NCBI GenBank assembly: GCA_009103225.1
Contig: RHPI01000446.1
Span: 1 to 64,000, forward strand
DNA from: Chlorokybus atmophyticus
Taxonomy: Eukaryota; Plantae; Mesostigma and Chlorokybus algae
DNA length: 64,000 nucleotides
Direction of reading: 5' to 3'
Shown: piece by piece, positions 62,161 to 64,000 of the stretch
Layout of the letters: the number at the start of each line of letters is the position of its first letter
Position numbering within the stretch: position 1 is the first letter of the stretch
Translations under genes and position numbers: made by a program
Notes under the pieces: generated by a model
Told to the model about the DNA's origin: nothing
The model's input: the letters and a program-made list of their open reading frames with translations, nothing else
Databases searched by the model: none

Positions 62161-62444
62161 ACCTTTAACGCAATACCGCCGGCATCCCTAACCCTAATGT
62201 TTTTGTTGTTGTAGTTTGCAAGGTTGTTGGCGGGGAGCTTGCTGTGGTCGGCGGCGAGGTTGTCGTGGTCGGCGGCGAAAGCGTTTTTAAAGTTAGAAGG
62301 TTGTGGGCGGCGTGGGCGGCGGCGAGGTTATTGAGGTCGGCGGCGACGGCGGCAGCAGCAATCCTGGGTTGCCACAGAGCTACTTAGGCATATATGTGCA
62401 AGCCTGCATGCATGCACGTTTGTGCGCGCGCGTGTGTATGTGTA

Positions 62445-62755
62445 TTGGTGGGTCGCTGAGGCAGGCTTGTAAGCCCTCAATGACCTGCCTTGTGGTTGTA
62501 ACTTATGGGAATGTGTGCTGGTGATTCACTGGGGCGGCATGTAAGCCCTTAATGTCCTGCCTTGTGGTTTTGTTCTTGCGAATGTGTTGGTGAGTCGCTG
62601 AAGCAGGCTTGTAAGCCCTCAATGACCTGCCTTGTGGTTTTTGCTTCTGGGAATGTGTGTTGGTGATTCACTGGGGCGGCATGTAAGACCTCAGTGTCCT
62701 GCCTTGTGGTTTTATTTCTTGAATGTGTGTGTGTAGCAAGAGGCCGTGGCCTGCT
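62445..62755. repeat. Tandem repeat of alternating 72/70-bp units (4 copies)
   Basis: GTAAG(C/A)CCT...CCTGCCTTGTGGTT starts at 62469, 62541, 62611 and 62683; degenerate copies occur near 63060-63175. Confidence 0.85.
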
Positions 62756-64000
62756 CTGTCACTCCGCTGTTGAACTCTTTATCTAAACAAGCTGACTACT
62801 GTTTGTGTCGTACAGGAGAACATGAGAGCCAAAGCCTACCATTGCAAGAATGGCAACGCTTTGGGGGCAACTTTCCTTGGCTTGGTAGGTTGAACACGAG
62901 GTCAGTTTGTGGACGCAATCGCTTTGGCATTCCATCACAGCATTTGTGCAAATCTGCCAATGCATGCCACTTGTTGTTGCAGGACAGCGCTGCCATCAAC
63001 GATGCCTCAATCCAATGCGACGCCGACCAGACAGATATGTGCCAGTCACATGAATGTGCGTGTGTATGAGTTGGTGAGGCACTGGGGCGACATGCAAGTC
63101 CTCAGTGTTCTGTGTGTGCTTTGTGTGTGAGTTGGTGAGCTGCTGGGGCAGTTGATTGCAAGCCCTCAGCGTCCTCCCTTGTGTGTGTGCGCGCGCGTGT
63201 ATGTTCTCCAAAACTTTGTGGACTGTTCCATTACACCGCAGCTTGACCACAGGATAAGTTCGTAGCAGCAGTCCGTTGTGTGGGTTTGCCAAAGTTAGCT
63301 GCATGCAAAATTATTTTGTGTTCCAACAGTTTGAAGAGCGCAAGCCGCTTTGCCTTGCAGGCTGTGCTATGGCCATGAGGCAATTTATACAGGGCTCTGA
63401 AAGGCATCCTTCCACACGGCCTGTAGTTTATGCTTGAATGCAGCAGCAGTAGATATGTAGTTGTATAGATGTGTAGTTGTTGTTGTGTAGTTATGTTTGT
63501 AGTATTTAAAGTTGTTAATGTGAATACGGTTGTGGCGGTTGCCTCTAAGCTGCCAATAATTCTACCATGTGGCCTTTGCGGTTGTTGTTTTTTATAATTA
63601 CCTTTTTATATAATTACCTTTGTACTATTGCACACGATTCGACGTTATCAGCAAAGGCAATTGCACAAGCAACTGCAACATGCACATTTGTAGAAGTAGC
63701 AGCAGCTGAAAGGCAACCAGAGTTTAAATGCCAAACAACGCTCGTGTAGCACAACGTTCATCAATGATCGCTAGGAGGGTCGCGCGAGTAGGGAAAACAC
63801 CATTGCATACCGGTGCCAGGCGCTGCAGAAGGTGCAGGGACTCTGGAGCCAGTGCCTACATTAAAACGTGCAGCAGTGTTGTTGTCGCACTCGATTACGA
63901 GGGGCACGGCAGCGGCGCCGTAGGTGCCCGCATCAATGACAGTGCGGGTAGGAAGAGGCGCATGAGAAGGCGACGGAGTAGGCTCGTGCACGGAGATCGC

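Noticed and set aside
62184-62198. CCCTAACCCTAA as an interstitial telomere (also AACCCTAAT near 31760)
   Set aside because: Only two units are present, which is compatible with chance.
58510-62755. CRISPR-like arrays in the regularly spaced repeats
   Set aside because: The intervening sequences are themselves repeated rather than unique spacers, the context is eukaryotic, and there are no cas genes.
63761-63991. 76-aa minus-strand ORF at the right edge
   Set aside because: It is short, has no recognisable motif and cannot be evaluated without the adjacent sequence.

Overview
This is eukaryotic genomic DNA (GT-AG introns, LTR and non-LTR retroelements); the organism cannot be identified, though an alga or protist is plausible. 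Positions 1-29855 hold one giant minus-strand gene. It reconstructs from three mini-exons (signal peptide MRFSRPVLLLLLAAVFAHSARA) plus two very large exons (7.4 kb and at least 21.8 kb), giving at least ~9,800 aa and running off the left edge. The protein is a Gly/Ser/Ala-rich beta-repeat chain interleaved with ~19 copies of a 7-Cys module that I do not recognise, and its 3' part has near-identical 5.6/6.06-kb tandem duplications. Two apparent frameshifts coincide with single N characters and disappear if the N is removed. Positions ~32-62 kb are a nested transposon field: two full-length but disabled Ty3/Gypsy chromoviruses with target-site duplications (TSDs), a LINE remnant split by one of them, a PHD-finger Gypsy remnant carrying a MITE, a gag-protease-only Copia element with a rearranged sibling, decayed unknown ORFs and tandem repeats. 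I found no rRNA, tRNA or CRISPR features.
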